A DNA stretch of 59,787 nucleotides, the filler included. It is 5 parts of 5 records of this genome, joined end to end, with 100 filler letters (N's around TTAATTAATTAA, not from the genome) between each part and the next. Parts side by side here need not be neighbours in the genome. Positions count along the whole stretch, not along the records: positions 34,827 to 59,787 come from DRR723986_27215; 4 more parts are not named here. One strand, written 5' to 3'. Both the position numbers and the translations under genes were made by a program. The notes below the pieces were generated by a model. It did no database searches. It was given only the letters and a program-made list of their open reading frames with translations, and was not told the DNA's origin. Of this stretch, positions 38,002 to 48,513 are shown piece by piece. How positions within the stretch are numbered: position 1 is the stretch's first letter; each line of letters opens with the position of its first letter.

Positions 38002-38445
38002 GTGGATACTTTGAGCTATAAGACCGTATCAGCCAATGCCGCGACTGCAGATAAGCAATGGGTGGTAGTGGATGCCCAAGCAGCAGTTTTGGGTAGATTG
38101 GCTAGTGAGGTAGCAAAAATCTTAAGAGGTAAGACGAAGCCAAGCTTCACCCCTCACGCTGATTGTGGTGACAACGTCATCGTAATCAACTCTGACAAAA
38201 TCAGATTAACTGGTGACAAGTGGGACTCAAAAGTTTATGTGAGACACACAGGTTACCCAGGTGGACAGCGTATTTCTACGCCAAGATTATTGAAAGACAA
38301 GTCTTCAACTATCTTGATCGAGAAAGCTGTAAGAGGCATGTTGCCTAAAAACAGATTGGGAAGAAAATTATACGGCAACTTGTACGTGTATGAAGGATCT
38401 GAGCATCCACATACTGCACAGCAGCCTAAAGCCATCACTCTTTAA
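38002..38445 (+). CDS. rplM: 50S ribosomal protein L13
   Basis: LGRLAS, FTPHADCGDNVIVIN, HTGYPGG and AVRGMLPKNRLGR; GTG start. Confidence 0.98.
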   Translation: MDTLSYKTVSANAATADKQWVVVDAQAAVLGRLASEVAKILRGKTKPSFTPHADCGDNVIVINSDKIRLTGDKWDSKVYVRHTGYPGGQRISTPRLLKDKSSTILIEKAVRGMLPKNRLGRKLYGNLYVYEGSEHPHTAQQPKAITL

Positions 38446-38454
38446 TCGACTATA

Positions 38455-38841
38455 ATGGATATTATCAACAAAATCGGTAGAAGAAAAACCTCTGTAGCCA
38501 GAATTTACATGGCGCCAGGAAAAGGTGAAATCACCGTGAACAACAGAGCACTTGACGTTCACTTCCCTTTTGAACTTCACCAGATCGTAGTAAAGCAGCC
38601 TCTTACCCTAGTAGGTGTAGAAGGTAACTACGACATCAAAATCAATGTAGATGGTGGCGGAAGTACAGGTCAGGCAGAGGCAGCTCGTATGGCTATCTCT
38701 CGTGCTTTGTGCGAATTCGACGCAGAACACAGACCTGCATTGAAAAAAGAAGGTTTCCTTACTCGTGACCCTAGAATGGTGGAACGTAAGAAGCCAGGAC
38801 GTAGAAAAGCAAGAAGAAAATTCCAGTTCTCAAAACGTTAA
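38455..38841 (+). CDS. rpsI: 30S ribosomal protein S9
   Basis: GRRKTSVAR, LTRDPRMVERKK and QFSKR. Confidence 0.98.
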   Translation: MDIINKIGRRKTSVARIYMAPGKGEITVNNRALDVHFPFELHQIVVKQPLTLVGVEGNYDIKINVDGGGSTGQAEAARMAISRALCEFDAEHRPALKKEGFLTRDPRMVERKKPGRRKARRKFQFSKR

Positions 38842-38874
38842 TCTGGATTTACTTCAGAATATACAAATTATATT

Positions 38875-39639
38875 ATGGCCAAATTAGAATATAAAGACTT
38901 ACTAGATGCTGGTGTTCATTTCGGACACTTGACGAGAAAGTGGGATCCAAGAATGTCTCCATACATTTTCATGGAGAAGAATGGTATCCACATTATCGAT
39001 CTTAATAAAACGCTTGTATGCCTCGACGAAGCATCTAACGCAATCAAGCAAATTGTACGTTCAGGCAAAAAAGTGATGTTCGTTGCTACTAAGAAGCAAG
39101 CGAAAGATCTTGTAGCTACTGAAGCGAAGAGACTTAACATGCCTTTCGTAACTGAAAGATGGTTAGGTGGTATGTTGACCAACTTCGCTACAATCCGTAA
39201 ATCATTGAAGAAAATGTCCGGTTTGGACAAATTGATGAAGGAGGAAGCTTATAAGAACCTTGCGAAAAAAGAGCGTTTGATGGTTTCCCGTCAGAAAGAC
39301 AAAATGGAAGATGTTCTTGGCGGTATCGCTGACTTGAGCAGACTACCTGCAGCTCTTTTCATCGTAGACATCAAAAGAGAACACATTGCAATTGCTGAAG
39401 CGAAAAAGCTTGGTATCCCTGTTTTCGCATTAGTAGATACGAACTCTAACCCAAATGAGGTTGACTTCCCTATCCCTGCTAATGACGATGCTTTCAAGTC
39501 CGTATCTTTACTAGTTAAAGCGTTCGGCGCAGCAATCGAAGAAGGTCTTTCAGAACGCAAGAGAGACAAAGAAGACGCTAAACTTACTGAAGAGGAAGAA
39601 GCGAAGAAAGCTGTGGACGCTGCTGAAACAAAAGATTAA
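38875..39639 (+). CDS. rpsB: 30S ribosomal protein S2
   Basis: AGVHFGH, RWLGGMLTNF and DTNSNP...IPANDDA. Confidence 0.98.
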   Translation: MAKLEYKDLLDAGVHFGHLTRKWDPRMSPYIFMEKNGIHIIDLNKTLVCLDEASNAIKQIVRSGKKVMFVATKKQAKDLVATEAKRLNMPFVTERWLGGMLTNFATIRKSLKKMSGLDKLMKEEAYKNLAKKERLMVSRQKDKMEDVLGGIADLSRLPAALFIVDIKREHIAIAEAKKLGIPVFALVDTNSNPNEVDFPIPANDDAFKSVSLLVKAFGAAIEEGLSERKRDKEDAKLTEEEEAKKAVDAAETKD

Positions 39640-39663
39640 TCCACTACTTGATTGAAATATATT

Positions 39664-39704
39664 AAAAATTGAACATCAGGTTTCGGCCTATGTTCAATTT
39701 TTTT
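39664..39704 (+). terminator. Terminator-like hairpin between rpsB and tsf
   Basis: AAAAATTGAACAT(C)AGG-TTTCGG-CCTATGTTCAATTTTTTT. Confidence 0.65.
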
Positions 39705-39848
39705 GTTTTACCTGCATTTGTCCTGTGAGGCTTTTCCTAGTGACCAAATGCTCCCTAGTACCGAATTAAAACCCTCCTAGTTCTTCCCAAAGACTACAAG
39801 GTTTTCGAAATAGAATTATATCGTTTAATCATACAAACTGATAATACC

Positions 39849-40679
39849 ATGGCAATTACTGCACAAGAAGTAAACAAATTGAGACAAATGACCGGCGCCG
39901 GTATGATGGATTGCAAAAAAGCTCTTACGGAATCTGAAGGCGATTTCGAAAAAGCTGTTGATATCCTCAGAAAGAAAGGTCAAAAAGTATCTGCTTCCAG
40001 AGCTGATCGTGAAACTAAAGAAGGTGTAGCTGTAACTAAAGTAACTGAAAACGGTGCTAAAGGAACTTTGCTTACACTTACTTGCGAAACCGACTTTGTT
40101 GCTAAGAATGAAGAATTCGGTGCATTTGCAAACACACTACTTGATCTTGCAGTAGAAAAAGGAGCATCTTCTGTAGAAGAAATCCTTGCACTACCTTACG
40201 AAAACATCACTGTTGCTGAGAAAATCACTGAGATGACTGGTAAAATCGGTGAAAAACTTGAGATCTCTCATTACGAAGTGATCACTGCAGAAACTGTAGT
40301 TCCTTACATCCACTCAAATGGTAAATTAGGTGTATTGGTAGGATTGACTAACACTAGCGGAACTGACGTAGAAGAAGCTGGTAAAGACGTGGCAATGCAA
40401 ATTGCAGCGATGAACCCAGTAGCTCTTGATAAAGACGGCGTTGATTCTTCTGTAGTAGAAAGAGAAATCGAAGTTGGTAAAGAGCAAGCAAGAGCTGAAG
40501 GTAAGCCTGAAGAAATGCTTGAGAAAATCGCTCTAGGTAAACTGAACAAGTTCTACAAAGAGAATACACTTCTTAGCCAGTCTTTCGTGAAAGACAACAA
40601 CAAGACTATCGCTCAGTATCTTGATAGCGTAAGCAAAGGAATGACTGTATCTGCATTCAAAAGAGTATCAATCGGTTAA
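39849..40679 (+). CDS. tsf: Translation elongation factor Ts
   Basis: LRQMTGAGMMDCKKAL, CETDFVAKN and AMQIAAMNP. Confidence 0.98.
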   Translation: MAITAQEVNKLRQMTGAGMMDCKKALTESEGDFEKAVDILRKKGQKVSASRADRETKEGVAVTKVTENGAKGTLLTLTCETDFVAKNEEFGAFANTLLDLAVEKGASSVEEILALPYENITVAEKITEMTGKIGEKLEISHYEVITAETVVPYIHSNGKLGVLVGLTNTSGTDVEEAGKDVAMQIAAMNPVALDKDGVDSSVVEREIEVGKEQARAEGKPEEMLEKIALGKLNKFYKENTLLSQSFVKDNNKTIAQYLDSVSKGMTVSAFKRVSIG

Positions 40680-40699
40680 TCCGAAGGATTCCTAATCTC

Positions 40700-40737
40700 A
40701 AAAAACCTCTTCAATTAAGTTTGAAGAGGTTTTTTTT
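40700..40737 (+). terminator. Intrinsic terminator after tsf
   Basis: AAAAAACCTCTTCAA-TTAAGT-TTGAAGAGGTTTTTTTT. Confidence 0.85.
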
Positions 40738-40847
40738 ATTTTAGTTACAAAGGCCAGATGAAAAATTTAAATTCAAAGCCCTTAATCGCAAAAGCAAGTC
40801 AGTAAAATATATTAGCTTTTGCTTTTGAAAGTCATACCCCACATCAG

Positions 40848-42425
40848 ATGAAAAATATTCTTACTACTGCACTTTTACTAGTTGCTTTGGTTTCTTCTAG
40901 CCTCGGTCAAAATTGGGATTGGGGAGGACCGATTGATCCGCTGCAAGCAAGATTTGAGGTGAAACATTACCGGCTGGAATTAGAACTTTTCCCAGAGAGT
41001 AAATCAATCAAAGGTAAAAGCACCGTCACATTTTCTACCAGCACTCAATTAGACACACTTCGTCTAGACCTTATCGATGAGTATAAAGTGACAAGCGTCC
41101 AGGCCAAAGGAGCTGAACTGGAGTTTTCACATAACAATGATCTCATAGATATTCTCATCACTGCTTGTTCCTGCGATGCTGTGGATATTTACTATGAGGG
41201 AATAACCCCAATTGCGATAAATCCACCATGGGAAGGTGGCTTTACTTGGAAAAAAGATCAATTAGGAAATGATTGGATGGGACTATCATCTCAAGGAGAA
41301 GGTGCAAAGATATTCATGCCTGCACTGGATCATCCATCTTCAGAAGCCGCAGAGGGCGTTGATCTTTTGATCACTGTTCCAAAACCTTATTTCATAGCAG
41401 CTAATGGGCGTCTAGCCCAAGAAACACAGAAAGAAGACAAGCAGACTTATCATTGGACAACAGCTTATCCTATAAATAATTATGGGATCAACTTTACGAT
41501 GGGCGTTTTTCATGAAGAAGAGATAAGTTTCACCTCAGTTTCTGGTGATCAAATCCCCATGCATGTCTGGGTTTTACAGGAAAACAAAGCAAAAGCAAAA
41601 GACATTTTGGAGGTACTAAAGGTATCTACAGAAACTCATGAGAAATATTTTGGAGCATACCCGTGGCCAAAAGATAAGGTAGCAATAGTGGAAACGCCCT
41701 ATCTCGGAATGGAGCATCAGACCATCAATGCATATGGAAACTTCTATCGTTTCGTGAAAATGGGCGCGGTCAATTATGATAATTTATTGCACCATGAACT
41801 AGGCCATGAATGGTTTGGAAATAAGGTTTCTGTCGGTGATTGGGCGGACTTCTGGATTCATGAGGGAATTACTGCCTACGGAGACTGGCTTTACTACTTA
41901 GAGCATGGCGGTGAAGAGGCTTACTTCGAAAAAGTAGGTGGAACTTTAAAATCTATCAGTCATTCCAAGCCAGTGGCCAGCCCTGTAAATAGTACCGAAG
42001 AGGAGGCTTATCATTCAGAGATTTATACAAAGGGAGCGTACATCATGCATTCCCTACGCGGAATTTTAGGTGACGAAGTTTTCTTCCCGATGTTGAAAGC
42101 ATTCGCAAATGATCCTCGATTCACCTATAAAAACCAAGTCAATACGCGTGATTTTATTGATTTTGTAACTTCATTTACAGGAGAAAATTTGGAAGGTTTT
42201 TTTCAGTTATATCTCTACACAACTGATATTCCAGAAGTAAAAATCTCTAAAAAGGGAAACAATGGTTTTGAAGTTTCACTGCAAGGAATTGACTTCGAAC
42301 TGCCTGTGGAACTGAAAACAGATAAGGGAATCGAGACAGTTAAGCTAGGTAAGAAACCTCTTTTGATTAATAGCAAGACTCCACCAATCGTCGATCCAAG
42401 AGGTTGGCTAATGCTTAAAAAATAA
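40848..42425 (+). CDS. M1-family zinc aminopeptidase, secreted
   Basis: Signal peptide; LGMEHQT, HELGHEWFGN...WIHEG (HExxH-x18-E) and IYTKGA motifs. Confidence 0.92.
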   Translation: MKNILTTALLLVALVSSSLGQNWDWGGPIDPLQARFEVKHYRLELELFPESKSIKGKSTVTFSTSTQLDTLRLDLIDEYKVTSVQAKGAELEFSHNNDLIDILITACSCDAVDIYYEGITPIAINPPWEGGFTWKKDQLGNDWMGLSSQGEGAKIFMPALDHPSSEAAEGVDLLITVPKPYFIAANGRLAQETQKEDKQTYHWTTAYPINNYGINFTMGVFHEEEISFTSVSGDQIPMHVWVLQENKAKAKDILEVLKVSTETHEKYFGAYPWPKDKVAIVETPYLGMEHQTINAYGNFYRFVKMGAVNYDNLLHHELGHEWFGNKVSVGDWADFWIHEGITAYGDWLYYLEHGGEEAYFEKVGGTLKSISHSKPVASPVNSTEEEAYHSEIYTKGAYIMHSLRGILGDEVFFPMLKAFANDPRFTYKNQVNTRDFIDFVTSFTGENLEGFFQLYLYTTDIPEVKISKKGNNGFEVSLQGIDFELPVELKTDKGIETVKLGKKPLLINSKTPPIVDPRGWLMLKK

Positions 42426-42461
42426 TCCCTAAGCATGGAAGCTTAAAAGACTCTTGATCAT

Positions 42462-42501
42462 AAAAAAGCCTCTTCAAGTAAGTTTGAAGAGGCTTTTTTT
42501 T
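42462..42501. terminator. Bidirectional terminator after the M1 peptidase / thiL
   Basis: AAAAAAGCCTCTTCAA-GTAAGT-TTGAAGAGGCTTTTTTTT. Confidence 0.85.
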
Positions 42502-42655
42502 AAAATATCTATTGCATTTGAACCAGTAATAAGCTTAAGCGACTTAATAGATGGAACATTCGCATTTCCGGTACTTCGGTCACCCGTCATCGGTCTTCTG
42601 ACCGGATGAGCAATGAATTTTAGACTAATGGTATTATTGCGGATATTTATTTCAA

Positions 42656-43684
42656 TCAAAAATGCTTCCAGCCCTGTGCTTTGATTTGCACGGCAGTTCC
42701 ACTTTTTGTAACCAAGAACTTACCTTCCTCAGCCTTGCTGATATGTCCGATAAAGTGGATATCCGGATGCTTTTCAAGTTTCGCAAAATCCTTTTGATCA
42801 ATCGTGAATAGCAACTCATAGTCTTCGCCCCCATTCATCACGCAAGTGATAGGATCTAGATTCAGTTCCACAGCCGTATCAAAAGTCTGCTTATCAATCG
42901 GAAGTTTATCTTCATAGATCGTAGCTCCTACTCCTGATGCTTTGCAGATATGAAAAATCTCTGAAGCCAATCCATCAGAAATATCCATCATACTTGTTGG
43001 CACTACTTCCATTTCTCGAAGTTCATGGATGATATCAACCCGTGCATCTGGCTTCAGCTGGCGGGCAGTGACTAAAGTATATTTCCCTAAATCAGGCTTC
43101 ATTTCTGGATTAGCTAGAAAAACTTCCTTTTCACGCTCCAGGATTTGCAATCCAACCAAAGCTGCTCCCAAATCACCAGTCACACAAAGAATATCATTTT
43201 CTTTGGCACCGGATCTATAAGAGATTTGCTCAGGCTTTGCTTCGCCAATTGCCGTAACAGAGATCACCAAACCACTTCTGGAAGCCGTAGTATCACCGCC
43301 AATCAAATCCACACCATAATGCTCACATGCTGCATGAATTCCTTCATAGAGCGCATCAATAGCTTCTACTGAGAACCTATTGGATAGTGCGATGCTTACG
43401 GTGATCTGCTTAGGCACAGCATTCATAGCCGCCACGTCAGACACATTCACTGCCACTGCTTTGAACCCCAAGTGAGGTAATGGCGCATAGGAAAGGTCAA
43501 AATGAACTCCTTCAATCAATAGATCAGTAGTCACAACTTTAACCATGTCTCCAGCTTCAATCACTGCAGCATCGTCACCAATACCTTTCAAAGTGCTGGA
43601 GTTTTTAATTATCACTTTTTCATTGAGATGATCGATCAAACCGAATTCACCCAAATCGCTTATTTCTGTTCTCTTTTCTGACAT
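42656..43684 (-). CDS. thiL: Thiamine-monophosphate kinase
   Basis: GEFGLI, GIGDDAA, NVSDVAAM, GGDT, MDISDGL and GGEDYELLFT; start ATG 43684. Confidence 0.96.
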   Translation of the reverse strand: MSEKRTEISDLGEFGLIDHLNEKVIIKNSSTLKGIGDDAAVIEAGDMVKVVTTDLLIEGVHFDLSYAPLPHLGFKAVAVNVSDVAAMNAVPKQITVSIALSNRFSVEAIDALYEGIHAACEHYGVDLIGGDTTASRSGLVISVTAIGEAKPEQISYRSGAKENDILCVTGDLGAALVGLQILEREKEVFLANPEMKPDLGKYTLVTARQLKPDARVDIIHELREMEVVPTSMMDISDGLASEIFHICKASGVGATIYEDKLPIDKQTFDTAVELNLDPITCVMNGGEDYELLFTIDQKDFAKLEKHPDIHFIGHISKAEEGKFLVTKSGTAVQIKAQGWKHF

Positions 43685-43862
43685 AGTATTTTTTCTCGCG
43701 GCGACACATCGGCGCAACAGTTTTAACTCATTTATTCTTTTGGCACTTCATGATAATTTAGATTTACGAAGTACGATTTACGAGATGCACAGTAGATTTG
43801 ATGTCATTTACAAACTTTACCACTTTTCAACCTTGCCACACTTAATCAGCTTATGGAGGGAA

Positions 43863-43918
43863 TTTTCCAATCTTCCAATTTTCCAATGTTTCAATGTTTC
43901 AATGTTTCAATGTTTCAA
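43863..43918. repeat. Octamer tandem repeat, 7 units (TYTTCCAA x3, TGTTTCAA x4)
   Basis: Directly visible in the mce-thiL intergenic region. Confidence 0.9.
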
Positions 43919-43969
43919 TTATGAATAATGAAGTACACCAAACTTTACAACCTTACCACCTACAACTTC

Positions 43970-44371
43970 TCAACTCACATCCTGACACAATTCAATCAAA
44001 ACACCATTCGTGCTCCGAGGATGCAAAAATACCACTAATTTATTGTCTGCCCCAAGTTTGGGTGTTTCATTCAGGATTTCGAAACCTTCCGCTTTCAATC
44101 GTTCTACTTCAGCATTGATATCTTCTACATCAAATGCGATATGATGTACACCTTCCGATTTTCGCTCTAGGTATTTAGCAATCGGGCTACTTTCATCCGT
44201 AGCCTGAAGCAGTTCCACTTTCGTTTCTCCGACCTGAAAGAATGATGTAGCTACTTTTTCTCCCTCCACTTCCTCAGTTTTAAAGTGCTTTTTACCCAGT
44301 AACTTCTCAAAGAGCTCATTGGATTTCTCCAGATCCTGAACGGCTATGCCTATATGTTCGATTTTCCTCAT
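43970..44371 (-). CDS. mce: Methylmalonyl-CoA epimerase
   Basis: IEHIGIAV, VELL, EGVHHIAF and FLHPRSTNGVLIELCQ. Confidence 0.95.
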   Translation of the reverse strand: MRKIEHIGIAVQDLEKSNELFEKLLGKKHFKTEEVEGEKVATSFFQVGETKVELLQATDESSPIAKYLERKSEGVHHIAFDVEDINAEVERLKAEGFEILNETPKLGADNKLVVFLHPRSTNGVLIELCQDVS

Positions 44372-44461
44372 GCTTAAAATTGCTATATTTGCATTGAATC
44401 ATTTTGGGAGTGATACTGTTTTCCCATTACTTCAACTTAAGACAAAGTAATAAATAAAGAT

Positions 44462-44788
44462 ATGATAATCGTTTCTGACAAAGCCAAAGAGCGTATCCTA
44501 CAGCTCAAAAAAGAGGAAGGACGCGCTGAAAATGAGAATATACGTGTTTCGGTGAAAGGTGGCGGCTGTTCAGGTCTAATGTACGATTTAGGCTTTGATG
44601 GCGCTCAAGTGGAAACTGACCACGTATTTGAGGACAAAGGAGTGAAAATCCTGGTGGATAGAAAAAGCTTATTATACCTAGCTGGAACTACGCTGGAATT
44701 CACAGATGGACTGAACGGAAAAGGCTTCCAATTTGTGAACCCTAATGCAAGCAGAACCTGTGGATGCGGAGAAAGCTTCTCTGTATAA
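44462..44788 (+). CDS. HesB/IscA-family A-type Fe-S carrier
   Basis: GGGCSGLMY and NPNASRTCGCGESF; TATATTTG promoter box at 44384-44391. Confidence 0.95.
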   Translation: MIIVSDKAKERILQLKKEEGRAENENIRVSVKGGGCSGLMYDLGFDGAQVETDHVFEDKGVKILVDRKSLLYLAGTTLEFTDGLNGKGFQFVNPNASRTCGCGESFSV

Positions 44789-44812
44789 GCGTTAAATCTT
44801 GATAATCATTAG

Positions 44813-44840
44813 AAGGCAACCTGATCAGGTTGCCTTTTTT
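44813..44840 (+). terminator. Intrinsic terminator after the iscA-like gene
   Basis: AAGGCAACCTGATCAGGTTGCCTTTTTT. Confidence 0.8.
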
Positions 44841-44895
44841 AGTGCATTTTTCGCCTCAATTCTTACCTTTGCCCACTAGAAAATTAACCCAGATT

Positions 44896-45990
44896 ATGGA
44901 AGAGCAAATCAAAAAAATCCAACTCAATGACTTGCACGTTGCCCTTGGTGGTAAAATGGTGCCTTTCGCAGGATATAACATGCCTGTACGTTACAGTTCT
45001 GATAATGAAGAGCACCTTTGCGTGAGAAATGGCGTTGGCGTTTTTGATGTCTCCCACATGGGCGAATTTATGGTAGAAGGCCCAGAGGCACTCAACCTAA
45101 TCCAAAAAGTAACTTCCAACGATGCCTCCAAAATCGTGGATGGACAAGCACAGTATTCTTGCTTTCCTAATGCTACAGGAGGTATTGTTGATGACCTGAT
45201 CGTTTACAAATTTGAAGACGAGAAGTACATGCTGGTGGTAAACGCTTCCAATATCGATAAAGATTGGGCTTGGGTAAACCAGCACAATACCATGGGCGCG
45301 AAGCTGAGAAACATCTCTGATGATATTTCCCTTTTTGCTATCCAAGGACCAAAGGCAATCGAAGCTGTTCAAGCATTAACTCCAGTTAATCTTGCTGACA
45401 TTAAATTCTATCATTTTACTGTAGGTGAATTTGCCGGAGTTCAGGATGTGATTATCTCTGGAACTGGTTATACAGGTGCTGGAGGGTTTGAGATCTACGT
45501 GAAAAACGAAGATGCTGAGAAGGTTTGGAACGCTGTGTTCGAAGCGGGAAAAGACTTCGACATCAAGCCAATCGGTCTTGGTGCTAGAGATACACTCCGT
45601 ATGGAAATGGGCTATTGTCTCTATGGAAATGACATCACAGATACCACTTCTCCTTTGGAAGCTGGCCTGGGTTGGATTACCAAATTCACTAAAGACTTCA
45701 CCAATTCCGAAGCTCTAAAAGCTCAAAAAGAAGCTGGTGTCTCCAAGAAATTGGTTGGCTTTATCATGCAGGAAAGAGGAATTCCTAGAGGTCATTATAA
45801 AATAGTGGATGAAGCAGGAAATGAGATCGGAGAAGTGACTTCCGGTACTCAATCTCCAAGCATGGGAGTGGGTATAGGACTAGGATATGTGAAAACTGAG
45901 TTTAGCAAAGCTGGAACTGAGATTTTCATCCAAGTAAGAAACAAGAACCTTAAAGCTCAAGTGGAGAAACTTCCACTTTTGAAAAAATAA
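44896..45990 (+). CDS. gcvT: Glycine cleavage system aminomethyltransferase T
   Basis: [18 protein letters not shown] and [26 protein letters not shown] promoter box at 44864-44871; start ATG 44896. Confidence 0.96.
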   Translation: MEEQIKKIQLNDLHVALGGKMVPFAGYNMPVRYSSDNEEHLCVRNGVGVFDVSHMGEFMVEGPEALNLIQKVTSNDASKIVDGQAQYSCFPNATGGIVDDLIVYKFEDEKYMLVVNASNIDKDWAWVNQHNTMGAKLRNISDDISLFAIQGPKAIEAVQALTPVNLADIKFYHFTVGEFAGVQDVIISGTGYTGAGGFEIYVKNEDAEKVWNAVFEAGKDFDIKPIGLGARDTLRMEMGYCLYGNDITDTTSPLEAGLGWITKFTKDFTNSEALKAQKEAGVSKKLVGFIMQERGIPRGHYKIVDEAGNEIGEVTSGTQSPSMGVGIGLGYVKTEFSKAGTEIFIQVRNKNLKAQVEKLPLLKK

Positions 45991-46704
45991 ATGCAACAAG
46001 TAGAAATCTGTTTCAGTCCAGAATTAATTCATCTGCATGAACTGCAAGGCAAGATTGTGGTCGTGGTCGATATATTTCGCGCTACTTCCACCATGGTTGC
46101 AGCACTGGCAAATGGAATTACAGAAATTAAAACCTGTGCTGATCTCGAAGAATGCAGAGCAATGGCATCTGCTGGTTATTTGATCGCTGGCGAAAGAAAT
46201 GGAATAATGGCCGAGGGCTTCCAACTCGGAAACTCTCCCCTAGCCTACCTGTCCAGAGATTACCAAAGCCAAAAGCTAGCCATGACTACTACCAATGGCA
46301 CCTTGGCAATTTCTAAATCTACGGGTGCTGATGAAATTCTGATTGGCGCTTTTCCAAATCTTCAAGCTACAGTAAGCTATATACAGTCTCGCAATAAGGA
46401 TGTGTTGATTCACTGTGCAGGCTGGAAAGGCAAATTCAATCTGGAAGATTCTTTGTACGCTGGTGCTCTCGTAAAAGCCTTAGAAGCTAGCCATGATGCA
46501 GAAGATGATGCTGCGATAGCCATGAAATCTCTCTACGAGAAGGAAGGACATAATTTGAAAGGCTTTCTATCTCAGGCTTCCCATGCTAAGCGCCTTCAAA
46601 ATCATAACATAGATTCTGATATAGATTTTTGTCTAACGCTAGACCTTTATTCTTTAGTTGGTAAAGTAGAAAATGAAACATTAGTAGCTGTGGAAAATTG
46701 GTAG
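45991..46704 (+). CDS. 2-phosphosulfolactate phosphatase family protein (ComB-like)
   Basis: VVDIFRATST, AGERNG, GNSP, TTTNGT and FNLED motifs. Confidence 0.9.
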   Translation: MQQVEICFSPELIHLHELQGKIVVVVDIFRATSTMVAALANGITEIKTCADLEECRAMASAGYLIAGERNGIMAEGFQLGNSPLAYLSRDYQSQKLAMTTTNGTLAISKSTGADEILIGAFPNLQATVSYIQSRNKDVLIHCAGWKGKFNLEDSLYAGALVKALEASHDAEDDAAIAMKSLYEKEGHNLKGFLSQASHAKRLQNHNIDSDIDFCLTLDLYSLVGKVENETLVAVENW

Positions 46705-46734
46705 AAACTCACATTTTCAAAAGTGAATACTTTC

Positions 46735-46762
46735 AAAGCTCGGTAGAATTCTATCGAGCTTT
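46735..46762 (+). terminator. Terminator-like hairpin after the gcvT/ComB-like operon
   Basis: AAAGCTCGGTAGAATTCTATCGAGCTTT. Confidence 0.65.
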
Positions 46763-46888
46763 GGTGTTTTTTAGGGTTAATAGTTCCCCATTTTGAAGCA
46801 TAAAATCCCGCTTAAAAATTGTTTAAACCATCTTTAAAATTTGGCGTTTACCGATTAATCTTAACCACTAACTAACCAACTTTTAAGT

Positions 46889-48367
46889 ATGAAAAACGGG
46901 ACAATGATCCAATATTTCCATTGGTATTCTCCAGAGGATACCATTTGGAAAGAAGTAAAAGAAAAAGCCGAATACCTAGGCTACCTCGGCATCACCAGCG
47001 TATGGCTGCCACCTGCAGGCAAAGGAGAAAATGGCGGAAGAAGTAGCGGATACGATACTTACGATTTATTTGACTTGGGGGAGTTTGATCAAAAAGGATC
47101 AGTAAGGACAAAGTACGGGACCAAAGATGAATTCATCGAAGCCACACAAGCGCTTCATGACCGGGGAATCCAGGTAATTGTCGATTTTGTACTGAACCAT
47201 AAAGCCGGAGGAGATGAATCCGAAATTCTGAAGGCTGTGAAAGTGAGTGAAGAAAATCGACTGGAAACCATCTCTGAACCATACGATATCGAAGCGTTTA
47301 CACGATTTACTTTTCCGGGTAGAAATGGGCAATATTCCGATTTTATCTGGGATCACAATTGCTTCAGCGGTGTAGATTTCGACCACAGAAATCAGGAACA
47401 TGGTATTTTCAATCTCATGAGCGAATATGGAAACGATTGGGAGGAAATGATTGACGACGAAAAAGGGAACTATGACTTCCTGATGTTCTGCGACATTGAA
47501 TTCAGAAATCCCGCGGTACGACAGGAAATTCTACACTATGCCTTATGGCTTCATGAGCTCACTTACTACGATGGGGTTAGGCTGGACGCCGTCAAGCATA
47601 TTGCGCCAGAGTACTTTCAGGAACTGATGTATTTTCTCCGTGAGAAAACAGGAAAAGACATTTTCGCTGTAGGTGAATATTGGGCACCTGGCCATCTGGA
47701 ATTGCTGCTAAAATATATTGAAGCTACTGACGGCACGATGAGCTTGTTTGACTCAGCACTGCAGCATAATTTTCACATTGCTTCTAATTCTGGAAGTGAG
47801 TATGATCTAAGGAAGATATTTGACAAAACATTGGTTGCTCATAGCCCAGACCTTGCTGTCACACTGGTCGATAATCATGACACACAGCCATTGCAGTCTT
47901 TGGAGGCTCCAGTCGAATATTGGTTCAAACCCTTGGCTTATGCTTTGATTCTGCTTCGCAAGGATGGATATCCTTGCGTCTTTCATCCAGATCTTTATGG
48001 CGCGAGCTATTGGGACAAGGGCCAAGATGGTGAGGATCATGAGATTTTCATCAATCGGGTAGATGAGTTGGAAAATCTGCTTTATGCGCGAAAAGATTTT
48101 GCATTTGGCATGCAGCGAGACTACTTCGAAAGTCCAAATGTGCTTGGTTGGACCAGAGAAGGAAACGAGGAACAAGGAGGTTGTGCTGTAGTACTTTCCA
48201 ATGCAGATGGGGCAACTGTCTCCATGGAAATCGGTTCTCGCTATGCCGGGAAGAAGTTCAAAGACATGCTGGGTAAAATCCAGGACGAGGTTTGGGTAAA
48301 TGAATCAGGCTGGGGAGATTTTCATTGCGCTCCTGGATCAGTCTCGGTTTGGACAGAAGCGGATTAA
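46889..48367 (+). CDS. Alpha-amylase (GH13, Bacillus-liquefying/AmyA type), no signal peptide
   Basis: NGTMIQYFHW, YDLFDLGEFDQKG, GVRLDAVKH, VGEYW and VDNHDTQP catalytic regions. Confidence 0.93.
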   Translation: MKNGTMIQYFHWYSPEDTIWKEVKEKAEYLGYLGITSVWLPPAGKGENGGRSSGYDTYDLFDLGEFDQKGSVRTKYGTKDEFIEATQALHDRGIQVIVDFVLNHKAGGDESEILKAVKVSEENRLETISEPYDIEAFTRFTFPGRNGQYSDFIWDHNCFSGVDFDHRNQEHGIFNLMSEYGNDWEEMIDDEKGNYDFLMFCDIEFRNPAVRQEILHYALWLHELTYYDGVRLDAVKHIAPEYFQELMYFLREKTGKDIFAVGEYWAPGHLELLLKYIEATDGTMSLFDSALQHNFHIASNSGSEYDLRKIFDKTLVAHSPDLAVTLVDNHDTQPLQSLEAPVEYWFKPLAYALILLRKDGYPCVFHPDLYGASYWDKGQDGEDHEIFINRVDELENLLYARKDFAFGMQRDYFESPNVLGWTREGNEEQGGCAVVLSNADGATVSMEIGSRYAGKKFKDMLGKIQDEVWVNESGWGDFHCAPGSVSVWTEAD

Positions 48368-48513
48368 ACTATTGCTAAGAGCTGGAATATTAATCTCCAG
48401 CTCTTATTCTTTTCCCTCTTTTCTTCCTAGCTCTATAAAACCCAATCAATCAAATTCTACTTTTATCTTGACAGCAAATGCCCTAGATTGACTGGTTGAA
48501 AACATAGCAGTAA

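Noticed and set aside
38002..40679. rplM-rpsI-rpsB-tsf arrangement
   Set aside because: This is the usual gene order in Bacteroidota.
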